DNA of 64,000 bases from Selaginella moellendorffii (taxonomy: Eukaryota; Plantae; Lycopodiophyta), in the NCBI RefSeq assembly GCF_000143415.4, contig NW_003314262.1, positions 1,229,960 through 1,293,959 of the forward strand, given 5' to 3'. How positions within the stretch are numbered: the first letter of the stretch is position 1; each line of letters starts with the position of its first letter. Below the pieces are notes generated by a model. The model ran no database searches and was not told where the DNA came from. It worked only from the letters and a program-made list of their open reading frames with translations. Positions 46,366-56,806 of this stretch are shown here, piece by piece. The position numbers were made by a program, and so were the translations under genes.

Positions 46366-46741
46366 CTCTTCGTGCCTATCAAAGAAGAAATGACTGATCG
46401 TCGTCGTTGAGCGACTTCTTCGTCATCATCATTGAGCGACTTCTTCAGCTCCCTCACCGCTTCAGCCACCATAGCCGCCAAACCCTAAAATGTGTTAAAC
46501 CTAAAGTCACCCGTTACGTGGTTCCAATTTGGTACCAGAGAGACTAGTTGACTGTTTTAATTTTCCTTAGTTTATTTTCAAACAGATGAACTGCGAGATG
46601 GGACGTCAACTCAAAACATGTTGGAAGATCCAGATTCCTTGCTGGCTACAAGTTGTTGTAAGCTAAATGAATGCTAATCCGTAGGAAGAGTTTTTCTTCC
46701 TGGCTAACTAGAGAACCTAACTGAAACTCTGGAGAACTAAT

Positions 46742-47602
46742 TTACCGATAGAGAGAGTTTGAAGAGCTTGAAAACCTGTAATGTGGGTTTGGAAATTCTT
46801 GGTTATTGGTAGGCTCGTAAAGGCTCTGGGTGAACCAGATAACCTTTAGTGTATGAGCTCCACAGATCTCATACACCCTCTGCTCCGACCACGAGTCGGG
46901 AGCTGTGGCACTTGCTGCTATGCGCTTGGCAACGAGGCTTGACAGGAATGCCTTGGCGTTCTTTTCACCAAGGTGCCCCACACCAACTGGCTGCCACTGC
47001 TCAACGTCTGTGTTACTCTGGAACCACTGCCAAAAATAGTCGTCGCAGGTGGACATAATCACAACCCCAGTCCAGTCTTGCTTGGTCATGGCTGGGAAAC
47101 ATCCCAGGAGGGTGCCTACATCCTGGTCGGACCACCGCTTCAGCCTGTCAGCTTCATCGATGACAAAAATTGGCCTCCTATGCTGGTTTTCAGCCGCTAG
47201 GCTCATAAACCAACTCATGACAGAGCCCAAGTCCTTCACTGGCTCCGCTTTTAACAGCTCTAGAAAGCTCGATGCATCAAGGTTTACGCCCTTGAACGTC
47301 AGCTTCTTCAGATTGACATTGACACCTCCGATCGTCTTCAGAAGGGCCGCTGCCACATCTTTGAGCCAAGAAGCCCAAGCTCGCATCTGTCTTGCAATCT
47401 GTGCAGCAGCCAGCTCCGGGGAACTGAAGTCCGCAGCCCTCATGTCCATGTAGAAGAGCGGCAACTGGGCTTTCAGCAGAGGGTTGGCATCCCACATCTT
47501 CCTGAGCTGCTTGAGCAGAGCAGACTTGCCTGAATTGTTGGGGCCTATCACTACAGCGATGCAGTTGAAGCTTTCCTCAATATGTGTGAGCAGATCAGTC
47601 AT
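46742..47602 (-). CDS. Array unit 27, truncated ATPase (286 aa)
   Basis: Open ORF. Confidence 0.55.
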   Translation of the reverse strand: MTDLLTHIEESFNCIAVVIGPNNSGKSALLKQLRKMWDANPLLKAQLPLFYMDMRAADFSSPELAAAQIARQMRAWASWLKDVAAALLKTIGGVNVNLKKLTFKGVNLDASSFLELLKAEPVKDLGSVMSWFMSLAAENQHRRPIFVIDEADRLKRWSDQDVGTLLGCFPAMTKQDWTGVVIMSTCDDYFWQWFQSNTDVEQWQPVGVGHLGEKNAKAFLSSLVAKRIAASATAPDSWSEQRVYEICGAHTLKVIWFTQSLYEPTNNQEFPNPHYRFSSSSNSLYR

Positions 47603-47978
47603 CTCTTCGTGCCTATCAAAGAAGAAATGACTGATCGTCGTCGTTGAGCGACTTCTTCGTCATCATCATTGAGCGACTTCTTCAGCTCCCTCACCGCTTC
47701 AGCCGCCATAGCCGCCAAACCCTAAAATGTGTTAAACCTAAAGTCGCCCGTTACGTGGTACCAATTTGGTACCAGAGAGACTAGTTGACTGTTTTAATTT
47801 TCCTTAGTTTATTTTCAAACAGATGAACTGCGAGATGGGACGTCAACTCAAAACATGTTGGAAGATCCAGATTCCTTGCTGGCTACAAGTTGTTGTAAGC
47901 TAAATGAATGCTAATCCGTAGGAAGAGTTTTTCTTCCTGGCTAACTAGAGAACCTAACTGAAACTCTAGAGAACTAAT

Positions 47979-48839
47979 TTACTGATAGAGAGAGTTTGAA
48001 GAGCTTGAAAACCTGTAATGTGGGTTTGGAAATTCTTGGTTATTGGTAGGCTTGTAAAGGCTCTGGGTGAACCAGATAACCTTTAGTGTATGAGCTCCAT
48101 AGATCTCATACACCCTCTGCTCCGACCACGAGTCGGGAGCTGTGGCACTTGCTGCTATGCGCTTGGCAACGAGGCTTGACAGGAATGCCTTGGCGTTCTT
48201 TTCACCAAGGTGCCCCACACCAACTGGCTGCCACTGCTCAACGTCTGCGTGACTCTGGAACCACTGCCAAAAAAAGTCGTCGCAGGTGGACATAATCACA
48301 ACCCCAGTCCAGTCTTGCTTGGTCATGGCTGGGAAACATCCCAGGAGGGTGCCTACATCCTGGTCGGACCACCGCTTCAGCCTGTCAGCTTCATCGATGA
48401 CAAAAATTGGCCTCCTATGCTGGTTTTCAGCCGCTAGGCTCATAAACCAACTCATGACAGAGCCCAAGTCCTTCACTGGCTCCGCTTTTAACAGCTCTAG
48501 AAAGCTCGATGCATCAAGGTTTACGCCCTTGAACGTCAGCTTCTTCAGATTGACACTGACACCTCCGATCGTCTTCAGAAGGGCCGCTGCCACATCTTTG
48601 AGCCAAGAAGCCCAAGCTCGCATCTGTCTTGCAATCTGTGCAGCAGCCAGCTCCGGGGAACTGAAGTCCGCAGCCCTCATGTCCATGTAGAAGAGCGGCA
48701 ACTGGGCTTTCAGCAGAGGGTTGGCATCCCACATCTTCCTGAGCTGCTTGAGCAGAGCAGACTTGCCTGAATTGTTGGGGCCTATCACTACAGCGATGCA
48801 GTTGAAGCCTTCCTCAATATGTGTGAGCAGATCAGTCAT
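47979..48839 (-). CDS. Array unit 28, truncated ATPase (286 aa)
   Basis: Open ORF. Confidence 0.55.
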   Translation of the reverse strand: MTDLLTHIEEGFNCIAVVIGPNNSGKSALLKQLRKMWDANPLLKAQLPLFYMDMRAADFSSPELAAAQIARQMRAWASWLKDVAAALLKTIGGVSVNLKKLTFKGVNLDASSFLELLKAEPVKDLGSVMSWFMSLAAENQHRRPIFVIDEADRLKRWSDQDVGTLLGCFPAMTKQDWTGVVIMSTCDDFFWQWFQSHADVEQWQPVGVGHLGEKNAKAFLSSLVAKRIAASATAPDSWSEQRVYEIYGAHTLKVIWFTQSLYKPTNNQEFPNPHYRFSSSSNSLYQ

Positions 48840-49215
48840 CTCTTCGTGCCTATCAAAGAAGAAATGACTGATCGTCGTCGTTGAGCGACTTCTTCGTCAT
48901 CATCATTGAGCGAATTCTTCAGCTCCCTCACCGCTTCAGCCACCATAGCTGCCAAACCCTAAAATGTGTTAAACCTAAAGTCGCCCGTTACGTGGTTCCA
49001 ATTTGGTATCAGAGAGACTAGTTGACTGTTTTAATTTTCTTTAGTTTATTTTCAAACAGATGAGCTATGAAATGGGACATCAACTCAAAACATGTTGGAA
49101 GATCCAGATTCCTTGCTGGCTACAAGTTGTTGTAAGCTAAACAAATGCTAATCTGTAGGAAGAGTTTTTCTTCCTGGCTAACTAGAGAACCTGACTGAAA
49201 CTCTGGAGAACTAAT

Positions 49216-50076
49216 TTACCGATAGAGAGAGTTTGAAGAGCTTGAAAACCTGTAATGTGGGTTTGGAAATTCTTGGTTATTGGTAGGCTCATAAAGGCTC
49301 TGGGTGAACCAGATAACCTTTAGTGTATGAGCTCCACAGATCTCATACACCCTCTGCTCCGACCACGAGTCGGGAGCTGTGGCACTTGCTGCTATGCGCT
49401 TGGCGACGAGGCTTGACAGGAATGCCTTGGCGTTCTTTTCACCAAGGTGCCCCACACCAACTGGCTTCCACTGCTCAACGTCTGTGTGACTCTGGAACCA
49501 CTGCCAAAAAAAGTCGTCGCAGGTAGACATAATCACAACCCCAGTCCGGTCCTGCTTGGTGATGGCTATGAAACATCCCAGAAGGGTGCCTACATCCTGG
49601 TCGGACCACCGCTTTAGCCTATCAGCTTCATCGATGACAAAAATTGGCCTCCTATGCTGGTTTTCAGCCTCCAGGCTCATAAACCAACTCATGACAAAGC
49701 CCAAGTCCTTCACTAGCTCCGCTTTTAACAGCTCTAGAAAGCTCGATGCATCAAGGTTTACGCCCTTGAATGTCAGCTTCTTGAGATCGACACTGACACC
49801 TCCGATCGTCTTCAGAAGGGCCGCTGCCACATCTTTGAGCCAAGAAGCCCAAGCTCGCATCTGTCTTGCAATCTGTGCAGCAGCCAGCTCCGGAGAACTG
49901 AAGTCCGCAGCCCTCATGTCCATGTAGAAGAGCGGCAACTGGGCTTTCAGCAGAGGGTTGGCATCCCACATCTTCCTGAGCTGCTTGAGCAGAGCAGACT
50001 TGCCTGAATTGTTGGGGCCTATCACTACAGCGATGCAGTTGAAGCTTTCCTCAATATGTGTGAGCAGATCAGTCAT
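49216..50076 (-). CDS. Array unit 29, truncated ATPase (286 aa)
   Basis: Open ORF. Confidence 0.55.
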   Translation of the reverse strand: MTDLLTHIEESFNCIAVVIGPNNSGKSALLKQLRKMWDANPLLKAQLPLFYMDMRAADFSSPELAAAQIARQMRAWASWLKDVAAALLKTIGGVSVDLKKLTFKGVNLDASSFLELLKAELVKDLGFVMSWFMSLEAENQHRRPIFVIDEADRLKRWSDQDVGTLLGCFIAITKQDRTGVVIMSTCDDFFWQWFQSHTDVEQWKPVGVGHLGEKNAKAFLSSLVAKRIAASATAPDSWSEQRVYEICGAHTLKVIWFTQSLYEPTNNQEFPNPHYRFSSSSNSLYR

Positions 50077-50452
50077 CTCTTCGTGCCTATCAAAGAAGAA
50101 ATGACTGATCGTCGTCGTTGAGCGACTTCTTCGTCATCATCATTGAGCGACTTCTTCAGCTCCCTCACCGCTTCAGCCACCATAGCCGCCAAACCCTAAA
50201 ATGTGTTAAACCTAAAGTCGCCCGTTACGTGGTACCAATTTGGTACCAGAGAGACTAGTTGACTGTTTTAATTTTCCTTAGTTTATTTTCAAACAGATGA
50301 GCTGTGAAATGGGACATCAACTCAAAACATGTTGGAAGATCCAGATTCCTTGCTGGCTACAAGTTGTTGTAAGCTAAATGATTGCTAATCCATAGGAAGA
50401 GTTTTTCTTCCTGGCTAACTAGAGAACCTAACTGAAACTCTGGAGAACTAAT

Positions 50453-51313
50453 TTACCGATAGAGAGAGTTTGAAGAGCTTGAAAACCTGTAATGTGGTTT
50501 TGGAAATTCTTGGTTATTGGTAGGCTCGTAAAGGCTCTGGGTGAACCAGATAACCTTTAGTGTATGAGCTCCACAGATCTCATACACCCTCTGCTCCGAC
50601 CACGAGTCGGGAGCTGTGGCACTTGCTGCTATGCGCTTGGCGACGAGGCTTGACAGGAATGCCTTGGCGTTCTTTTCACCAAGGTGCCCCACACCAACTG
50701 GCTGCCACTGCTCAACGTCTGCGTGACTCTGGAACCACTGCCAAAAAAAGTCGTTGCAGGTGGACATAATCACAACCCCAGTCCAGTCTTGCTTGGTCAT
50801 GGCTGGGAAACATCCCAGGAGGGTGCCTACATCCTGGTCGGACCACCGCTTCAGCCTGTCAGCTTCATCGATGACAAAAATTGGCCTCCTATGCTAGTTT
50901 TCAGCCGCTAGGCTCATAAACCAACTCATGACAGAGCCCAAGTCCTTCACTGGCTCCGCTTTTAACAGCTCTAGAAAGCTCGATGCATCAAGGTTTACGC
51001 CCTTGAACGTCAGCTTCTTCAGATCGACACTGACACCTCCGATCGTCTTCAGAAGGGCCGCTGCCACATCTTTGAGCCAAGAAGCCCAAGCTCGCATCTG
51101 TTTTGCAATCTGTGCAGCAGCCAGCTCCGGGGAACTAAAGTCTGCAGCCCTCATGTCCATGTAGAAGAGCGGCAACTGGGCTTTCAGTAGAGGGCTAGCA
51201 TCCCACATCTTCCTAAGCTGCTTGAGCAGAGCAGACTTGCCTGAATTGTTGGGGCCTATCACTACAGTGATGTTGTTGAAGCCTTCCTCAATATGTGTGA
51301 GCAGATCAGTCAT
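50453..51313 (-). pseudogene. Array unit 30 (1262-bp type); Q>stop
   Basis: TAG at 50894; triplicated 25-bp motif at the 5' end. Confidence 0.75.
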
Positions 51314-51714
51314 CTCTTCGTGCCTATCAAAGAAGAGATGACTGATCGTCGTCGTTGAGCGACTTCTTCATCGTCGTCGTTGAGCGACTTCTTCGTCGTC
51401 ATCATTGAGCGACTTCTTCAGCTCCCTCACCGCTTCAGCCACCATAGCCGCCAAACCCTAAAATGTGTTAAACCTAAAGTCGCCCGTTACGTGGTTCCAA
51501 TTTGGTACCGGAGAGACTAGTTGACTGTTTTAATTTTCTTTAGTTTATTTTCAAACAGATGAGCTGTGAAATGGGACATCAACTCAAAACATGTTGGAAG
51601 ATCCAGATTCCTTGCTGGCTACAAGTTGTTGTAAGCTAAACAAATGCTAATCTGTAGGAAGAGTTTTTCTTCCTGGCTAACTAGAGAACCTAACTGAAAC
51701 TCTAGAGAACTAGT

Positions 51715-52650
51715 TTACCGATAGAGAGAGTTTGAAGAGCTTGAAAACCTGTAATGTGGGTTTGGAAATTCTTGGTTATTGGTAGGCTCATAAAGGCTCT
51801 GGGTGAACCAGATAACCTTTAGTGTATGAGCTCCACAGATCTCATACACCCTCTGCTCCGACCACGAGTCGGGAGCTGTGGCACTTGCTGCTATGCGCTT
51901 GGCGACGAGGCTTGACAGGAATGCCTTGGCGTTCTTTTCACCAAGGTGCCCCACACCAACTGGCTTCCACTGCTCAACGTCTGTGTGACTCTTGAACCAC
52001 TGCCAAAAAAAGTCGTCGCAGGTAGACATAATCACAACCCCAGTCCGGTCCTGCTTGGTGATGGCTATGAAACATCCCAGAAGGGTGCCTACATCCTGGT
52101 CGGACCACCGCTTTAGCCTATCAGCTTCATCGATGACAAAAATTGGCCTCCTATGCTGGTTTTCAGCCTCCAGGCTCATAAACCAACTCATGACAAAGCC
52201 CAAGTCCTTCACTAGCTCCGCTTTTAACAGCTCTAGAAAGCTCGATGCATCAAGGTTTACGCCCTTGAATGTCAGCTTCTTGAGATCGACACTGACACCT
52301 CCGATCGTCTTCAGAAGGGCCGCTGCCACATCTTTGAGCCAAGAAGCCCAAGCTCGCATCTGTCTTGCAATCTGTGCAGCAGCCAGCTCCGGAGAACTGA
52401 AGTCCGCAGCCCTCATGTCCATGTAGAAGAGCGGCAACTGGGCTTTCAGCAGAGGGTTGGCATCCCACATCTTCCTGAGCTGCTTGAGCAGAGCAGACTT
52501 GCCTGAATTGTTGGGGCCTATCACTACAGCGATGCGGTTGAAGCCTTCCTCAATATGTGTGAGCAGATCAGTCATCTCTTCGTGCCTATCAATGAAACCC
52601 TCGTCGTCGTTGAGCGACTTCTTCAGCTCCCTCACCGCTTCAGCCGCCAT
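51715..52650 (-). CDS. Array unit 31, longest form (311 aa)
   Basis: Native ATG, motifs intact. Confidence 0.65.
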   Translation of the reverse strand: MAAEAVRELKKSLNDDEGFIDRHEEMTDLLTHIEEGFNRIAVVIGPNNSGKSALLKQLRKMWDANPLLKAQLPLFYMDMRAADFSSPELAAAQIARQMRAWASWLKDVAAALLKTIGGVSVDLKKLTFKGVNLDASSFLELLKAELVKDLGFVMSWFMSLEAENQHRRPIFVIDEADRLKRWSDQDVGTLLGCFIAITKQDRTGVVIMSTCDDFFWQWFKSHTDVEQWKPVGVGHLGEKNAKAFLSSLVAKRIAASATAPDSWSEQRVYEICGAHTLKVIWFTQSLYEPTNNQEFPNPHYRFSSSSNSLYR

Positions 52651-52919
52651 AGCCGCCAAACCCTAAAATGTGTTAAACCTAAAGTCGCCCGTTACGTGGT
52701 ACCAATTTGGTACCAGAGAGACTAGTTGACTGTTTTAATTTTCCTTAGTTTATTTTCAAACAGATGAACTGCGAGATGGGACGTCAACTCAAAACATGTT
52801 GGAAGATCCAGATTCCTTGCTGGCTACAAGTTGTTGTAAGCTAAATGATTGCTAATCCGTAGGAAGAGTTTTTCTTCCTGGCTAACTAGAGAACCTGACT
52901 GAAACTCTGGAGAACTAAT

Positions 52920-53780
52920 TTACCGATAGAGAGAGTTTGAAGAGCTTGAAAACCTGTAATGTGGGTTTGGAAATTCTTGGTTATTGGTAGGCTCGTAAAG
53001 GCTCTGGGTGAACCAGATAACCTTTAGTGTATGAGCTCCACAGATCTCATACACCCTCTGCTCCGACCACGAGTCGGGAGCTGTGGCACTTGCTGCTATG
53101 CGCTTGGCGACGAGGCTTGACAGGAATGCCTTGGCGTTCTTTTCACCAAGGTGCCCCACACCAACTGGCTGCCACTGCTCAACGTCTGCGTGACTCTGGA
53201 ACCACTGCCAAAAAAAGTCGTTGCAGGTGGACATAATCACAACCCCAGTCCAGTCTTGCTTGGTCATGGCTGGGAAACATCCCAGGAGGGTGCCTACATC
53301 CTGGTCGGACCACCGCTTCAGCCTGTCAGCTTCATCGATGACAAAAATTGGCCTCCTATGCTAGTTTTCAGCCGCTAGGCTCATAAACCAACTCATGACA
53401 GAGCCCAAGTCCTTCACTGGCTCCGCTTTTAACAGCTCTAGAAAGCTCGATGCATCAAGGTTTACGCCCTTGAACGTCAGCTTCTTCAGATCGACACTGA
53501 CACCTCCGATCGTCTTCAGAAGGGCCGCTGCCACATCTTTGAGCCAAGAAGCCCAAGTTCGCATCTGTTTTGCAATCTGTGCAGCAGCCAGCTCCGGGGA
53601 ACTAAAGTCTGCAGCCCTCATGTCCATGTAGAAGAGCGGCAACTGGGCTTTCAGTAGAGGGCTAGCATCCCACATCTTCCTAAGCTGCTTGAGCAGAGCA
53701 GACTTGCCTGAATTGTTGGGGCCTATCACTACAGCGATGTGGTTGAAGCCTTCCTCAATATGTGTGAGCAGATCAGTCAT
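52920..53780 (-). pseudogene. Array unit 32 (1262-bp type); Q>stop
   Basis: TAG at 53361. Confidence 0.75.
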
Positions 53781-54304
53781 CTCTTCGTGCCTATCAAAGA
53801 AGAGATGACTGATCGTCGTCGTTGAGCGACTTCTTCATCGTCGTCGTTGAGCGACTTCTTCGTCGTCATCATTGAGCGACTTCTTCAGCTCCCTCACCGC
53901 TTCAGCCACCATAGCCGCCAAACCCTAAAATGTGTTAAACCTAAAGTCGCCCGTTACGTGGTTCCAATTTGGTACCGGAGAGACCAGTTGACTGTTTTAA
54001 TTTTCTTTAGTTTATTTTCAAACAGATGAGCTGTGAAATGGGACATCAACTCAAAACATGTTGGAAGATCCAGATTCCTTGCTGGCTACAAGTTGTTGTA
54101 AGCTAAACAAATGCTAATCTGTAGGAAGAGTTTTTCTTCCTGGCTAACTAGAGAACCTAACTGAAACTCTAGAGAACTAGTTTACCAATAGAGAGAGTTT
54201 GAAGAGCTTGAAAACCTGTAATGTGGTTTTGGAAATTCTTGGTTATTGGTAGGCTCGTAAAGGCTCTGGGTGAACCAGATAACCTTTAGTGTATGAGCTC
54301 CACA

Positions 54305-55124
54305 ATGCTCAGATATGGGACTGAAGTTATTAGATTGTGGAAGCATTGAAATGCAAGCATAACCAAAAGGCTTGGTGGAGTGAAACCACCTCATGTTTGG
54401 ATACAACTTGTCCCTATGGGAGATGCGAATATCTGGTTGTCCGAGTTTTTTGAATAACTAGGATTAGTGGCTTGTGGGTGAAATAACTAACCGAACGCTA
54501 GTGAATATGCAAGTCACTCAAGGCAGCTGAAACTGTATTAGGTGGTTTTCATCAAAGAGTGTAATTTCACTTGGAGAGGGTCGAGTGAAACAAGATGGTA
54601 TGTCTTTTGGCAATGTGGGCGAATGTGGTGGCTGTAGTACCAGTTGTTTTAGTACCCTATTGAGAGTGGAGAGCGCTGATGCTACGAACCACTTAGTGCC
54701 AAAGGAACAAAGGAAACCTTGCAATGCGAATTAAGCTGAATCTATTCTGCCTGGTATCTGGTTTAGGGCATTTTGTCTGGTTTATTGGAACTTGTGCAAT
54801 AAGGAGTTTAAATATGACAAAATGAAATTTGTTGCCATTGAAAGAGTGATGGGACTTAGCATAGAGGTGGATGAAGTCTTGTTTTGCTTTGTTGATATAT
54901 CACTTAATTGTTATCTATCTTCATAGGAGCGACCTCGGTGGGTGAAGAAGTACCAAATGCAAAGGAACTCTTGGTTGGGAGGTCTTGCTTTGATGAGGGA
55001 CTAATATGATATTCACATTTCTATATTAATTAATATTAAGGATAATGATCAGTTTCTATTCGTCCGGTTCATCAAATGCACCATCACAAAACATTTTCAT
55101 AGCCACATGGTGGGTAGGTGACCT
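54305..55124 (-). repeat. Inverted copy of the ancestral intergenic spacer and the last ~23 codons of a full-length ATPase (55056-55124)
   Basis: Reverse complement of 5869-6685; ORFs 54518..54724 and 54182..54406 mirror 6268..6456 and 6595..6807. Confidence 0.9.
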
Positions 55125-55452
55125 ACCCTTAATACGAAAGTATCCACCGTGGGACTGTGGTATAGGTGGATAATTAGTTGCCTCACCTGGAATAGCTAGT
55201 CTACACAATGAAAGGATTGGTATATTCAGTGTGGAAATGGAGGTGTTGGTTCCCCTTGGCTTAATAGGGGTTGTTAGTCAATAGTCAATGAAGACATTAA
55301 CATCTCTGAAGGGGGGGATCATGGGATGAGATTTGAATATACTGTCACCGTGAATCCTTGGAACATTGGAGGATAAATGGGGATAAAATAGCCACTAAAG
55401 GCTCTCTCATCAAGCAATTGCCCCTTTTTTAGTTGGCTTAAAGGGAGATAAT

Positions 55453-55751
55453 GAATATACAAGTCATTCAAGGTAGCGAAACCTTGCAATGCGAATTAAG
55501 CTGAGTCTATTCTACCTAGTATCTGGTTTAGGGCATTCTATCTAGTTTATTGGAACTTGTGCAATAAGGAGTTTAAATATGACAAAATGAAATTTATTGC
55601 CATTGAAAGAGTAATGGGACTTAGCATAGAGGTGGATGAAGTCCTCTTTTGCTTCATTGATATATCACTTAATTGTTATTTATCTTCATAGGAGCGACCT
55701 CAGTGGGTGAAGAAGTACCAAATGCAAAGGAACTCTTGGTTGGGAGGTCTT
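55453..55751 (-). repeat. Third, internally deleted copy of the ATPase spacer
   Basis: Matches ~54503-54527 joined to ~54713-54987. Confidence 0.8.
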
Positions 55752-56324
55752 AGACCTCCTTAGCAAGTTATGAAAAAAGCTAATGGGAATGGCACTTGCA
55801 GGTCGAACAGGCAAGCAGTTGACGAGTTTATGGCCTGGTATATGAAGATGCACGAGCTAGATATGTACCAGAGCATACGTGAGAACAAGGAGTTAAGTGC
55901 ACATTCTCAGTTATTTGAGTTTGAAAAGAATGACATTCAGGCAAGTCTTTAATTGGTTTCTTTATTTATATTTATCTATTTATGGTTTTTCAAATGGAAA
56001 AATGATGCACTCCCTGAAAATTTCGAAGAGTAGATGGATGTTGCAACATGTGGAGCAGGCTCATGTGTGACATTAGCGATTTTGAAGTGTAGTACTGTCC
56101 TTTCTGGCTGGATTTCCTTCCCGGTGGCTGTCCGGAATGGGCTACAAGATACACAAGGATTATCGGTGAGAGCTATTGTGGAAGAAGTGAGGAAGCTCCA
56201 GGTGAAGATGGATATCAAGTCAGCAAGATCGGCCACCAAGGGCAGCAAGGGCCAGGCTTTTTCTTCAGCCCCATCACCAGATTGGAAGAAGGTGATATGT
56301 TGAGGATGCTGATGCCAGAGAAAC

Positions 56325-56600
56325 GGGAGTTTGGAAATCATCCATGCAGATTCAGGAAACCTTGCAGTCCAATAGTACTTCAAAGCTGGGAGACCTTTTC
56401 CACCAGGACTGAAGGAGCTTGAGGATTGGAAGTCTCTACCGAAATGTGTCCAGGGAGCTGTTGATCTTCTCATCATCGATTCGCCTACTAGATGTGTTGC
56501 TGGTTGATCAGTATACGGAGCTCTCGGATGCTTTACTGAAGAACTTGGTGAACCCTGCTTTCGGGATACTAGACAGAGCTGGCTACGTGGTGGATTTGCC
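56325..56600 (+). pseudogene. Possible relic of a beta-class DNA amino-methyltransferase (N6_N4_Mtase-like)
   Basis: LEIIHADS...GAVDLLIIDSP (gat tcg cct ac, two changes from DPPY), then in a shifted frame LLKNLVNPAFGILDRAGYVV. Motif resemblance only; stops and frameshifts. Confidence 0.35.
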
Positions 56601-56716
56601 GGCTTTGAATAACACTGCAGAAACTTGCAAGCTGAAGTTCCTGTACGTGCACACGTCCTGGGGATACTGTATTTTTAGAAAGGTTATTCTGAGTTACGTG
56701 GCGACCAGCACAAATC

Positions 56717-56806
56717 GTTGATGTGGCAGGACTCGCTAACGTGGTGGGACTCGCTGATATGGCAGGACACGCTGATGTGGCGGGACTCACTGACACGGCA
56801 GGACTC
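56717..56806 (+). repeat. 18-bp minisatellite, 5 copies (consensus GCTGATGTGGCAGGACTC)
   Basis: Five imperfect adjacent units; a sixth at ~56872-56889. Confidence 0.85.

Larger units (their letters stand above)
9143..54304 (-). repeat. Head-to-tail tandem array of 32 truncated-ATPase units plus terminal partial units; periods mainly 1205, 1237 and 1262 bp; unit 1 interrupted by the LTR element
   Basis: Equivalent stop-codon positions recur at 9215, 16016, 17256, 18493, 19720, 20957, 22194, 23431, 24636, 25873, 27110, 28347, 29584, 30789, 32026, 33231, 34468, 35673, 36910, 38115, 39320, 40557, 41794, 43031, 44268, 45505, 46742, 47979, 49216, 50453, 51715, 52920 and (tail only) 54182. Confidence 0.97.

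Noticed and set aside
51313-51445. 57-bp insertion restoring the native frame in units 30 and 32
   Set aside because: The length is a multiple of 3, but a TGA occurs within the second 25-mer, and both units also carry the AEN* stop.
14918-53631. Recurring antisense and alternate-frame ORFs (MYELHRS, MPHTNW, MDIITT, MGCQPS) as toxin-antidote partners
   Set aside because: They are shadows of the ATPase frame and recur only because the DNA repeats. Many start at non-ATG codons and show no recognisable motifs.
14893-54304. CRISPR-like or spacer-acquiring array
   Set aside because: Units are near-identical over their whole length with no unique spacers; no cas genes; eukaryotic context.
9143-54304. 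Array as a pure assembly artefact
   Set aside because: Units carry distinct variant combinations, length classes, edge-specific alleles and a higher-order dimer. Exact copy number still needs long-read confirmation.
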